Shown: positions 11,410-20,858, counted from the stretch's first letter. The stretch: DNA of 64,000 bases from Trueperaceae bacterium (GCA_965213925.1 OZ243927.1:1120001-1184000); one strand, 5' to 3'. Program-made: numbers and translations. Notes: generated from the letters alone by a model not told the origin.

Positions 11410-12884
11410 TACTCAAACGTGTGCCGCAATACGGGTTTACGCGCCGCCGTGACCTCGTCGAGCCTGCGCACGGGCGTGTGGTAGGGCGCGTGTTCTAAGA
11501 AATCAGGGTCTTCCTCGGCGCGTTGTAAAACTTCGGCGAGAATGCTCGCGTAGGCGTCCAGCGTTTCTAACGATTCCGTCTCGGTAGGCTCCACCATCAT
11601 CGCCTCTTTGACGACCAAGGGGAAATACACTGTCATCGGGTGGACGCCGTAGTCGAGGAGCGCTTTAGCGACGTCCATCGTTTTGAGGTCGCCGGGCGGC
11701 TGCGACACGAACTCGTGCATGTTGACGCGCTCGAACGCCGTCTTAAAGCCCGCCTCTTGCATCTTGACGCGGAGGTAGTTGGCGTTTAAGACTGCCATCC
11801 CCGAGACCTGCTCCAAGCCCTCTTTGCCGAGTGCCCGAATGTAGGTGTACGCCCGCACCAAGTTACCGAAGTTGCCGTAAAATGAGCGCATCCGCCCGAT
11901 GGATTGGGGCAGGTCGTATTCGAAGTCGAACCGTTCGCCTTCTTTTTTGATGAGCGGCGCAGGTAAGAAGTCGCGCAGGTGCGCCTTCACGCCCACCGGA
12001 CCCGTGCCGGGACCGCCGCCGCCGTGCGGCGTCGTAAAGGTCTTGTGCAGATTGAGGTGCACGACATCGAAGCCCATGTCACCGGGGCGCGCGCGTCCCA
12101 CAATCGCGTTCGTGTTCGCGCCGTCGTAGTAGAGCTGTGCACCCGCGTCGTGCGCGGCGCGGCTGATTTCTAAGATGTTCGTCTCGAAGAGCCCCAAGGT
12201 ATTCGGATTGGTGAGCATCACGGCGGCGGTGTCGGGACCGAGCGCTTCTTTGAACGCTTCTAAATCCACCTCGCCGTCTTCGCCTGTGGGCACCTCTACA
12301 ACGTCGTAACCCACCATCTTGGCGGTAGCGGGGTTCGTGCCGTGTGCGCCGTCCGGGACGATGACGGTGCGGCGCTGTTCGCCTTCGCCGTTCGCCTCGT
12401 GGTAGGCGCGGATGATGAGGATGCCCGTGAGTTCGCCGTGCGCTCCGGCGGCGGGTTGCAGCGAGACGGCGTCCATGCCTGTAATGGTCGAAAGGTCATT
12501 CTGCAGGTTATAGAGCAGTTCCAACGCGCCCTGCACCGAGTCGGGGTCTGCGTAAGGGTGCAGTTCGGTGAAGAGCTTCGCGGTCTCCTCGTTGACTTTG
12601 GGGTTGTACTTCATCGTGCACGAGCCGAGCGGGTAGACGTTGCCGTCAATGGAGAATTGGCGGTGCGCGAGTTGCGTGTAGTGCCGCACGAGGTCGAGTT
12701 CGGAGACCTCGGGAAGTCTAGGCGGCGCGTCTCGTAGATGCTCGCTGCCGATGAGGTCTGTGAGGGCTGTGCCTTCAGGTTTGGGCGGACGTGCGGCGCG
12801 GCGTCCCTCTTTGGAGCGTTCGAAGATGAGGGGGAAGTCGCCGTCGGTCTGAATCGCAGGTGGGGCGGGGCGTTCTTTAATCAT
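11409..12884 (-). CDS. gcvPB: glycine decarboxylase subunit 2
   Basis: PLGSCTMKYNP, HLNLHKTF PLP lysine, PHGGGGPG. Confidence 0.95.
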   Translation of the reverse strand: MIKERPAPPAIQTDGDFPLIFERSKEGRRAARPPKPEGTALTDLIGSEHLRDAPPRLPEVSELDLVRHYTQLAHRQFSIDGNVYPLGSCTMKYNPKVNEETAKLFTELHPYADPDSVQGALELLYNLQNDLSTITGMDAVSLQPAAGAHGELTGILIIRAYHEANGEGEQRRTVIVPDGAHGTNPATAKMVGYDVVEVPTGEDGEVDLEAFKEALGPDTAAVMLTNPNTLGLFETNILEISRAAHDAGAQLYYDGANTNAIVGRARPGDMGFDVVHLNLHKTFTTPHGGGGPGTGPVGVKAHLRDFLPAPLIKKEGERFDFEYDLPQSIGRMRSFYGNFGNLVRAYTYIRALGKEGLEQVSGMAVLNANYLRVKMQEAGFKTAFERVNMHEFVSQPPGDLKTMDVAKALLDYGVHPMTVYFPLVVKEAMMVEPTETESLETLDAYASILAEVLQRAEEDPDFLEHAPYHTPVRRLDEVTAARKPVLRHTFE

Positions 12885-14235
12885 GAGCAGCCTCCAGCGG
12901 GCGGGCGCTGTCTAAAATAGTTTGTAAGGCGTTCACGAGTGCGTCTATGTCTTCGGCTCGAGTCAACTCCGTTGCCGAGAAGAGCACAACGTTATTCAGA
13001 CCGTTGTCCCCTAAGCCGTAGTGTTTGGGTACGGGCACGCCGGCGTGGACGCCTCGTTCGGCTAATTTGTGGCGAAGTTGGGCAGCGGGTAGGGGAGAGC
13101 GCACCGCGAACTCGTTGAAGAAGGTGCCGGGGAGAACCTCGAGCCCGACGTCTGCTAGCTTATCTGCCAGAGCGTGCGCGTTCTGTACGCTTTTCGTTGC
13201 CGCTTCGACGAGTCCCTGTGGACCGAGCGCCGCCATATTCACTGCCGCCATAAGCGCCGCGAGCTGGTGGTTTGAGCAGATGTTCGACTTCGCCTTCGAG
13301 CGGCGGATGTGCTGCTCGCGTGCTTGCAAGGTCAGCACGAAGGCGCGTTTGCCGTCTACATCCGTCGTTTGCCCGACTAAACGCCCCGGCATCTGGCGCA
13401 GGAGCTTTTCCGTCACGACCATATAGCCGAAGTTCGGTCCGCCGAAATTCACTGGGTTGCCGAGGGTTTGCCCGTCGCCGACCGCCATGTCCGCGCCGTA
13501 CTCGCCCGGCGCTTTGAGGACTGCTAAAGAGAGCGGGTCGCACACCGCGACGAAGAGCGCGCCTGCGGCGTGTGCCTTTTCAGCGAGTGCGGGCATCGCT
13601 TCTAAATAGCCCAAGAAATTCGGGTTTTGCGCGACAAGACAAGCGGCGTCTTCTGCGACTTGGACGCCCGGTGTGACGAGGTCCTCGAGCGCGGACTCTT
13701 CAATTTCGATGCCCAAAGGCTTGAGGTAAGTCGCTAGCACTTCCCTGGATTCAGGGTGCACGCCTTGACTCACCACGACCTTCTCGCGCTTGGTTTGCCG
13801 CACGGCTAAAAGTGCCGCCTCCGCCACGGTGGACGCGCCGTCGTACATCGAGGCGTTCGAAATCGGCAAGCCCGTGAGTTCGCTCATCATCGTCTGATAT
13901 TCGAAGGTCGCTTGCAGGAGTCCTTGCGCCACCTCCGCTTGGTAGGGCGTGTACGAAGTGACGAACTCGCTCTGCATGGCGAGGTGCGGCGTGACTGAGG
14001 GGATGAAGTGCGCCTGGGGACCGCCGCCCAAGAAGGTGGGGCCGTCCGCCTTGTTTTTAGCGGCAAGGTCGCCGAGGTGACGAAGGAGTGAAACCTCATC
14101 TAAACCTGCGGGTAGGTCGACGTCAGGATGCTGCAGTTCGGCGGGGATGTCTGCGAAGAGGTCGTCCACGCTGGCTACACCGATGGCTTGCAGGGCGCGT
14201 TCGATGTCCTCTTGCGTATGGGGGATATAGTTCAT
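12877..14235 (-). CDS. gcvPA: glycine decarboxylase subunit 1
   Basis: YTPYQAEVAQG, NASMYDGAS, REQHIRRSKAKSNICSN. Confidence 0.95.
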   Translation of the reverse strand: MNYIPHTQEDIERALQAIGVASVDDLFADIPAELQHPDVDLPAGLDEVSLLRHLGDLAAKNKADGPTFLGGGPQAHFIPSVTPHLAMQSEFVTSYTPYQAEVAQGLLQATFEYQTMMSELTGLPISNASMYDGASTVAEAALLAVRQTKREKVVVSQGVHPESREVLATYLKPLGIEIEESALEDLVTPGVQVAEDAACLVAQNPNFLGYLEAMPALAEKAHAAGALFVAVCDPLSLAVLKAPGEYGADMAVGDGQTLGNPVNFGGPNFGYMVVTEKLLRQMPGRLVGQTTDVDGKRAFVLTLQAREQHIRRSKAKSNICSNHQLAALMAAVNMAALGPQGLVEAATKSVQNAHALADKLADVGLEVLPGTFFNEFAVRSPLPAAQLRHKLAERGVHAGVPVPKHYGLGDNGLNNVVLFSATELTRAEDIDALVNALQTILDSARPLEAAHD

Positions 14236-14237
14236 CG

Positions 14238-14621
14238 CTAGTCCTCTTCCGCCGACGCTTCGTAGTCTTCGGCGCTTAAAAGGCTCCCGGTTTCGCTCTC
14301 GTCCGACATGCGCAGTTTGAAGAGCCAGCCGCCTTCGTAGGGCGATTCGTTGAGCTTTTCGGGGGCGTCCTCGAGTCCCCCATTCACCTCGACGACCTCA
14401 CCGGAGACGGGCGCGTAGATGTCTGAGGCGGTCTTGACGGATTCGACGACGGCCACTGGGTCGCCTGCGCTAAACGTCTTGCCCTCCTCGGGCAACTCCA
14501 CGAACACCACGTCGCCTAGCTGGTCTTGCGCGAAGTCGGTGATGCCGACCGTGACGGTGTCGCCCTCTACTTTCGACCACTCATGGGTTGCGCTGTACTT
14601 TAAGTCTTTGGGGGTTTCCAT
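14238..14621 (-). CDS. gcvH: glycine cleavage system H protein
   Basis: VESVKTASD lipoyl-lysine motif; GAAGGAG RBS before ATG 14621. Confidence 0.95.
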   Translation of the reverse strand: METPKDLKYSATHEWSKVEGDTVTVGITDFAQDQLGDVVFVELPEEGKTFSAGDPVAVVESVKTASDIYAPVSGEVVEVNGGLEDAPEKLNESPYEGGWLFKLRMSDESETGSLLSAEDYEASAEED

Positions 14622-14852
14622 GCTCACTCCTTCACTTGCTTCCACTTGCTTACGCCAATACGTGTTCCGGTACGATGAGTTTGCGGCTGGGGCGCGTTGC
14701 GGTTTGCGTCATCATTGCTTTACGGAAAATAATCTACTTTCTGATTCTAAGGCTTAGCGGACAAAGGCGCAGTAATAAGGGCGTATTTGTGAGATTTTGT
14801 GCTCCACGGTAGCGCTCTCGGAGATGGGACTCAATAAGCCTGATAAAAAAGT

Positions 14853-15908
14853 TTAGGGATAAAAGCGCGGTTTGACGACGTCCGCGTGGACGCCTTGACC
14901 GCGTATCTCGACCGCTAACGCGGTGCCGAGTTCGCTCAACGCCGTATCCACCCAAGCCATCGCGACGCCCTCCCTGGTCAGCGGCGAGATCGTACCGGAG
15001 GTGACCTCGCCTACGACGCTGTCCTCATGAAGCACGTGATAGCCCTGCCGCGCCACACCGCGCTGGCGCAGCCGCAAACCGACGAGCTTGCGCTCACACG
15101 CGGGGTTCCACATCGACTCTCGTCCATAGAAGGGCTTGTCTTTGACGACCCAGGCGTAAGGGGAGCAGAGCGGGTTGGTCGCTGCGGTGAATTCATGACC
15201 GAATAAGGGAAAGCCCGCCTCGAGCCGGAGGGTGTCGCGCGCGCCCAGACCGCAAGGCGTCGCACCCTCTTCGGTCAGCGCCCGCCACACCTGCGGCGCG
15301 TCCTCCGCCTCGCAGAAGATTTCGAAGCCGTCTTCGCCCGTGTAGCCCGTGCGGGCGAGCCTCACCTCTTTGTCTGCCAGGGTCGTCTTAAGCGTGCGGT
15401 TTTTCTTGAAACTCGTGATGTCTTCAAAGGTCAGGCGGCTCATCATGAGCGCCGCGCCCGGACCTTGCAGCGCCATGAGCCCCCAGCGCTCAGACTCGTT
15501 TGCGACGTTGGCGTCGTACGCTCCGGTGAGCTGCTCTAAGTGGGGAACGACTTCGTCTACGTTCGAGGCGTTGCAGACGATCAGGTACTCGTTCTCCCCT
15601 TCGCAGTAGATGTAGAGGTCATCGATTAGCCCGCCCTGGTCGTTCGGGAGCATGGAGTATTGCGCTCTGCCGGGTGTGAGCTTGGCGGGATTATTGAGCG
15701 TCGCGTAGCTTAGAAAATCCGTAGCCGCCGCGCCCGTAACGCGAATCTCCCCCATGTGGCTCACGTCGAAAAGACCCGTGCCTTCACGCACCGCGAGATG
15801 TTCCTGGTTGATGCCTGTAGCGTACTGGATAGGCATCTCCCAGCCCGCGAAGTCCACCATGCGTGCGCCGTGTTCGATGTGCAGGTCGTAAAGTGTCGTG
15901 CGTTTCAT
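14853..15908 (-). CDS. gcvT: glycine cleavage aminomethyltransferase
   Basis: FAGWEMP, LFDVSHMG, RTGYTGEDGFE, GLGARDTLRLEAG; start set at ATG 15908. Confidence 0.95.
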   Translation of the reverse strand: MKRTTLYDLHIEHGARMVDFAGWEMPIQYATGINQEHLAVREGTGLFDVSHMGEIRVTGAAATDFLSYATLNNPAKLTPGRAQYSMLPNDQGGLIDDLYIYCEGENEYLIVCNASNVDEVVPHLEQLTGAYDANVANESERWGLMALQGPGAALMMSRLTFEDITSFKKNRTLKTTLADKEVRLARTGYTGEDGFEIFCEAEDAPQVWRALTEEGATPCGLGARDTLRLEAGFPLFGHEFTAATNPLCSPYAWVVKDKPFYGRESMWNPACERKLVGLRLRQRGVARQGYHVLHEDSVVGEVTSGTISPLTREGVAMAWVDTALSELGTALAVEIRGQGVHADVVKPRFYP

Positions 15909-15994
15909 CCCTGATGGTAGCATAGTGCTCTCGGCTGCGATTCGCGAAGGCTATGTATTGGACCCTGCTCAGTTAGGTCTGAGCGGTTAAACTA

Positions 15995-16312
15995 GTGGGA
16001 GGGTGCGCTATGGGGATGCTCGAGCTAGGAGAGGGCAAAAAAGAAAAACGCGCCGTCGTGATAGGGCTCAGCGTCATTCACGTGGGCGCGCTAGCCGGCA
16101 TCATCACGGTGTTCGCTGCGGGGCTCTCGAGCGAGATGACGTTCTCCCCGATGCTCACGGTCGTCGCTGTTGTCGCGACGACGCTCTGGCTCTTCTCCTT
16201 CATTTTGCTCTCGGTCAATATTGCGTATTACATCCTTGCGCCTGAAGAGAAAGAAAATACGAGCGCTGAAAAAGATAACTGTCCATCAGAAAGCCCCGAC
16301 CCTTCACCTTGA
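15995..16312 (+). CDS. small membrane protein (2 TM helices)
   Basis: two long hydrophobic segments; start uncertain (GTG 15995 or ATG 16010). Confidence 0.55.
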   Translation: MGGCAMGMLELGEGKKEKRAVVIGLSVIHVGALAGIITVFAAGLSSEMTFSPMLTVVAVVATTLWLFSFILLSVNIAYYILAPEEKENTSAEKDNCPSESPDPSP

Positions 16313-16494
16313 GCCTGCATCCGAGCCTGGGGTAGTCAGCAGGCGTGAAGCGCGGTTAGTTGAGCCGATGAAGTGTCAGCAACTGACTGTTTTGCAGTTG
16401 CGGGTTGTGCCGTGGGGACGTGACAGCGGTGTGTCAGGATGAAACGAAAGGCGAGCGTACGGCTGCAAAACCTCTACGCTAGCGCCTGCGAAAC

Positions 16495-16662
16495 TTACGA
16501 AGGCTTGGCGCTCAGTGACGGCTCGTCGGCGCGCACTTCTTTAACTGCCCTTTGTTGCTTGGCGCGGCGGCGCAACGCTTCGATAAGGGCTAAGTCGTTG
16601 ACGAGCAAAAGCCCTTTTTCGTTGACCGGAAATTCGTCCAAGTAAACCTTTGGCTGGTTCAT
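16495..16662 (-). CDS. 55-aa hypothetical protein, not in the ORF track (MNQPKVYLDEFPVNEKGLLLVNDLALIEALRRRAKQ...)
   Basis: AGGAGG RBS 5 nt before the ATG, TATACT -10 box at 16686-16691, open frame to TAA. Confidence 0.65.
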   Translation of the reverse strand: MNQPKVYLDEFPVNEKGLLLVNDLALIEALRRRAKQQRAVKEVRADEPSLSAKPS

Positions 16663-16702
16663 AAATACCTCCTGATTACAGTTATAGTATAGGGATACTC
16701 AA

Positions 16703-16742
16703 CTTTGCGGCGTCTTAGCAGCGCTGCTAAGACGCCGCAAAG
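16703..16742. repeat. perfect 40-bp palindrome
   Basis: ctttgcggcgtcttagcagc|gctgctaagacgccgcaaag, no loop and no mismatch. Confidence 0.95.
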
Positions 16743-16884
16743 GACGAAAGTATAAACCGCTCAGTTTTTCTTAGCAGCGCCTTAGCAAGGTCGCTAAGGC
16801 TAAATTAAGACGTCTTCATTAAACTAGATTTTAAGAAAGCTTTCCGAAGAGGTCGGAAACATAATTCACATCTGGGAGGATGTC

Positions 16885-17001
16885 ATGCGTAAAGTTTTAA
16901 TTGCTACAGTGACGGTGGGGTTATTTTTCAGCAGTGTTGCGCTGGCGGGACCGAGCAGAGTTACCTTCGGCGCGAGTACAAATCAAACGACAAGCCGATA
17001 A
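16885..17001 (+). CDS. 38-aa secreted pre-peptide MRKVLIATVTVGLFFSSVALA-GPSRVTFGASTNQTTSR (candidate signalling peptide)
   Basis: GGGAGGA RBS, basic N-terminus, hydrophobic core, A-L-A signal peptidase I site, followed by an intrinsic terminator. Confidence 0.8.
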   Translation: MRKVLIATVTVGLFFSSVALAGPSRVTFGASTNQTTSR

Positions 17002-17016
17002 ATCCGCTAAAAGTCC

Positions 17017-17048
17017 AGCCCGGTCCCACGTGACCGGGCTCTTTTTAT
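17017..17048 (+). terminator. intrinsic terminator of the peptide gene
   Basis: agcccggtc-ccacgt-gaccgggct stem then cttttta. Confidence 0.85.
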
Positions 17049-17266
17049 GGTGGTGTAATACCAATTCCGATTGATTCTTTATCAATCCGAGCGGATGCGA
17101 GCAGGAACGGATATACGGATGGATTGTATGGACTATCATCGAACGCTTTTCTCGGTGATAGGGAATTAAACGGAATCCGTATAACGCGTTTTGTGTATGC
17201 AGTAACGCAAGAGCCGTTAAAGACGTAACTCAATTTTTGCGTACATACGAATAGGCGTTCGTTGAC

Positions 17267-19684
17267 TTAATTATACTCGAGGGCTAACGCCTTAGCCTTG
17301 GTACGCGCTAGAAGCGTACGCGGATCGCCTGGCGGGAGAGCCTGCAGAAGTCGCTCCCAGACAGCGAGGTCGTCAGCCATATATTCGCTGTAGGCGCTCA
17401 GCGCATCTACGTCGTTTGACGCGAGCATCGCTTCGTACATCTGCGCCTCGAGGTGTTCGCGCAGACGCTCGAGCGCGGGCGCTTGCGCCTCCTCTAAAAG
17501 TGGACCTTTATAGAGCGCCATCGCCTCTTTGAGCTTTCCGCTGAGTGAAAACTTGCCGAACTCGAGAAAGTCAGCGCGGACGTCGTACTCGAGCCGGTAA
17601 GGTGGGTTCGACACGGGAATCCACCCGCGCAGCTTTTTGATCGCAACGTAGAGCGCGTTCGTACTACCCGTTTCGCCGTAGAGTTCGAGCGCGAGCTTCT
17701 CCGAACTGACGCCCATCGGGTGCTGCGCTAGAATCGCTAAAAGCTCGAGCGACTGTAGCGGAAGGTCCAGCCGTTTCCCCTCTAACCACACGTCTCGGTG
17801 CCCTAAAAAGCGAAGCTCCAGGGTGACCTCGCCCAAGACTGTATCCCAGAGGTTGCGAAAGTGCACTTCGGGGCCGGACAAGCATCTGAGGCCGCTCTCG
17901 GCTAAATCGCTCAGCGATGCGTGGGTGAGCTGAGACCGCGCCGCCGCTTCGTCGTTAAGCTCCATAAGCGCGTAGGCTCTGTAGAGCCTCGCTCGAGCCT
18001 CTAGGTAAGCAGGGAGCTGTATATCCTCTAAAAGCTTTCCTAAAACCTTGATACCTTTATGCGGAGCTGTGAAGCATAAAACCATGCCTTGCGCGAGCAC
18101 GGCGGGCTGATGATAGATAGGCGCTAGGTCTTCGGTCAGGTGATAGATACGTTCTGCTATCTGGACCGCCTCTTCGTACGCTTCTAAGTCCAACAATGCC
18201 TTGACGAGAGGAAGCCCGTTTCGCCCTAGGTCCTCGCGCGGCGCGCCTTCATAAGCGAGGCGATAGAGGGGTAGGGCTTTCGTGACCTCTCCAGTAGCGA
18301 CGTAGTAGTCGCCTAGAGTCTCTCTGAGCGATTCCGCGCACTGGTCGAAAATACCTGCGACAGTACGCTCGCTCTCGCTCAGCAAACTACCCAACCCGCT
18401 TATCTCACCTGAAAGAATGCGCGCAAACGCATAGTCGTTGATGAGCAGGAGCTTACGCGAGATGTCTTTCATCCCGCTCTTTTCGAAGAGGTCTAGGCTC
18501 CAGCCGCCCCAGTGGAGCGCTTCGCGGTAGTGACCGGCGTCTATGAGCCTTACCGCAAGCGTACCTGCGCTACGCACGGCGTCGTCGTCTCGCCCTTTGC
18601 GCTCGGCAAGCCGCACCGCCCGTTTAAGAAAGCCGATACCTTTCGCAGTGTCCCTCTCAAAGAACCCCTGCATATGGAGCGTAAAGGGCGTCTCTAGCAG
18701 CGCAGCCCGCTGCACCTCAGCGCGCGCTTCTTCGTGGGTGAGGAAAATAACCGCGTAGAGCGCTCTTAACTCGGGCGCTTCGTGGCGCTGAAGGTAGTTT
18801 TGGATGCGCTCTTGGAGTTCCTCGTAGCGGTTGAGCCGAATGCCCGCGGAAAGCTTCCAGAAGAACACGGTGTCGTCTTCGTAGTCGGCGGGTAGAAGGT
18901 CGAGGTAGTGCCAGAGCCGACCGTGCAGCCCCTCGTTGATGAAGTGCGGTCCCGCCTCTGAAAGAACGGTCGACACCCGTTCGGGCAGGTGCCGCACCAC
19001 GAGCGCGAGGGCGCGCCCCCACTCCTCGCGCTCGACGAGCACCTCGAGCAACTCGGATGGCGGCACCGCGATTTCCGTGCCCGGAGGGAGTTTGGGTCCC
19101 CACAGGGTAGGCATGAGCGGCGAGGGCAGCCCTACCTTGTCGTGCAGGGCGAGGTTAAACGTTTCGTAGGCGTAATCCGCCTCTTCAAGCAGCGCGCTGA
19201 CCTCTTCGCGGCTGAGCATCCCGCCCGCGAGCGCGCACGCCTCCTCTTCGGTGAGCTGGAGCGCAGCTTCATCTAAATAGACCGCTTTGGGAACCTCGAG
19301 CGGCACTTTAGAGACGAGAACGAGGCGCTCTGCGTCTGACCCCCTGAGCAGATCGATAAGCTCCGGCGCGTGTTCAGCGCCGAAAAGTAAATAGGTAGGT
19401 CTGCCGTAAACTTCAGCGAACGCCGCTAGAATCCTGAGCCCCGCAGCGACGGGCAACCCCGGCGCGACGAGGGGCACGTCCAGCGCGGTGGAAACCGCCT
19501 CGGAAAATTTGAGCGCTTGCGCCTGCGCGTCACAAGCGTCGGCTTCGTCGAGTTCCAGGACCATAAGCGGTTTCGCTTCTTTTTTGAACTCGCTAAAGAG
19601 TCGCTGAACGCCTAAGTCAGGGCGGTGCGGTAAGATGACCGTGCGTGCACCTTTCAGTTGCGCCAACCTTTTTGAGAGCCACAT
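17267..19684 (-). CDS. large regulator with helical (TPR-like) repeats and a C-terminal winged-helix/BTAD-like domain
   Basis: C-terminal LRFLG..VWLEG..LELLAILAQHP.G.SSEKL..LYG...PYRL...AD...ALYKGPLL pattern; central Ala/Leu-rich helical repeats; start ATG 19684 or 19717. Confidence 0.7.
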   Translation of the reverse strand: MWLSKRLAQLKGARTVILPHRPDLGVQRLFSEFKKEAKPLMVLELDEADACDAQAQALKFSEAVSTALDVPLVAPGLPVAAGLRILAAFAEVYGRPTYLLFGAEHAPELIDLLRGSDAERLVLVSKVPLEVPKAVYLDEAALQLTEEEACALAGGMLSREEVSALLEEADYAYETFNLALHDKVGLPSPLMPTLWGPKLPPGTEIAVPPSELLEVLVEREEWGRALALVVRHLPERVSTVLSEAGPHFINEGLHGRLWHYLDLLPADYEDDTVFFWKLSAGIRLNRYEELQERIQNYLQRHEAPELRALYAVIFLTHEEARAEVQRAALLETPFTLHMQGFFERDTAKGIGFLKRAVRLAERKGRDDDAVRSAGTLAVRLIDAGHYREALHWGGWSLDLFEKSGMKDISRKLLLINDYAFARILSGEISGLGSLLSESERTVAGIFDQCAESLRETLGDYYVATGEVTKALPLYRLAYEGAPREDLGRNGLPLVKALLDLEAYEEAVQIAERIYHLTEDLAPIYHQPAVLAQGMVLCFTAPHKGIKVLGKLLEDIQLPAYLEARARLYRAYALMELNDEAAARSQLTHASLSDLAESGLRCLSGPEVHFRNLWDTVLGEVTLELRFLGHRDVWLEGKRLDLPLQSLELLAILAQHPMGVSSEKLALELYGETGSTNALYVAIKKLRGWIPVSNPPYRLEYDVRADFLEFGKFSLSGKLKEAMALYKGPLLEEAQAPALERLREHLEAQMYEAMLASNDVDALSAYSEYMADDLAVWERLLQALPPGDPRTLLARTKAKALALEYN

Positions 19685-19748
19685 ATGGAATACTATACAC
19701 AAAATGTGGCTCACCATTCTCTTTTGTAAGATATTGCACGGCTGAGTT

Positions 19749-20858
19749 GTGAGATATTATACTGCCCACGTAACATTTTCTAAATCTCAAGAGGTCGTAG
19801 GGAGAGAATTTTTGTCTACGTCTTGTTCGCAAAGGGCAGTTTCAAGGCGTGGTCGCGCAACAAAAGGAGATGACGTTCGTGCAAAACCTCATTTCGGTAC
19901 CTGTTATAGTTACGCAAAGGAGCACCGAGTCATAGAGTCTGAGTCAAATAAGACGAGCGAGCGGCTGCCCAGAGGCTTCGAGCTTATTCAGCATGACAGC
20001 GGCATCGAGACGATCAGTGAGGGCGCGTTGCAGCGGCGTCTTTTAGTGACGCAGCCGGGCGGCGTCGAGCTGCACGAGTTGTCGTTGCGGCGCGGCGAGA
20101 CGCTCACGGTTGCGCCCCGCGAGGGGGTGCAAGAAAGCTACTACATGCTTAAAGGGGTGCTCGTCGGCGCAAACGTGCGCCTGGTCGTCGGTGACTGCTT
20201 GCTGAGCCGCACGCCTGACACGCTCCTCACCCTGCGGGCGGAAGCGTCGACGCGGCTTCTGTATGTCTCGAGCGTCCCCACCTTCTGGAGCGTCTCGCAG
20301 ACGCTCCGCGAACTGATGAATCTAGCGGTTTCCATCGAGAAAAAAGACGGCTACACCGCCGAGCACTGCCACCGTTTGCAGCGTCTGGCGCTGGCGGTGG
20401 GCAAGCAGCTCGGGTTGCCGCAAGAGCGGCTCTACCTCCTAGACGTAGCGGCGTTTTTGCACGACGTAGGCAAAGTCAGGGTGCCCGTCGAGATTTTGCA
20501 AAAACCCAGCCCGCTCACCCCGTCCGAGTGGCGGCTCATCAGGCAGCACCCCACGTTCGGGCGCGAGATGCTAGAGGATACCCTCATCGCCGAGGCTGGA
20601 CCTATCGTCGAGCAGCACCACGAGCGGCCCGACGGCTCGGGCTATCCTTACGGACTCCGGGGGAGCGAAATTTTACTCGAGGCGCATATCGTCGCCATCA
20701 CCGACGCCTTCGACGCGATGACCACCGACAGACCCTACCGCGACGCGCTACCTAGAAACGCTGCGATTGAGCGCATCAACCGACTTGCGGGTAAGCACTA
20801 CGCCGAAGAGGTCGTCGAGGCGTTTTTAGAGGTGATTGCGTCGGACGAATGGCTATAG
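19749..20858 (+). CDS. HD-GYP cyclic-dinucleotide phosphodiesterase with a cupin-like N-terminal domain
   Basis: HDVGK, HHERPDGSGYP, DAFDAMTTDRPYR; true start unclear. Confidence 0.85.
   Translation: MRYYTAHVTFSKSQEVVGREFLSTSCSQRAVSRRGRATKGDDVRAKPHFGTCYSYAKEHRVIESESNKTSERLPRGFELIQHDSGIETISEGALQRRLLVTQPGGVELHELSLRRGETLTVAPREGVQESYYMLKGVLVGANVRLVVGDCLLSRTPDTLLTLRAEASTRLLYVSSVPTFWSVSQTLRELMNLAVSIEKKDGYTAEHCHRLQRLALAVGKQLGLPQERLYLLDVAAFLHDVGKVRVPVEILQKPSPLTPSEWRLIRQHPTFGREMLEDTLIAEAGPIVEQHHERPDGSGYPYGLRGSEILLEAHIVAITDAFDAMTTDRPYRDALPRNAAIERINRLAGKHYAEEVVEAFLEVIASDEWL

Noticed and set aside
14650..14715. 21-aa [24 protein letters not shown] between gcvT and gcvH
   Set aside because: No convincing RBS or motif, so it cannot be told from chance; no glycine riboswitch consensus seen either
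17045..17233. 62-aa minus-strand ORF between the peptide gene and the regulator, considered as a second peptide
   Set aside because: TTG start without an RBS, no signal peptide or recognisable motif, ends in the terminator; probably non-coding
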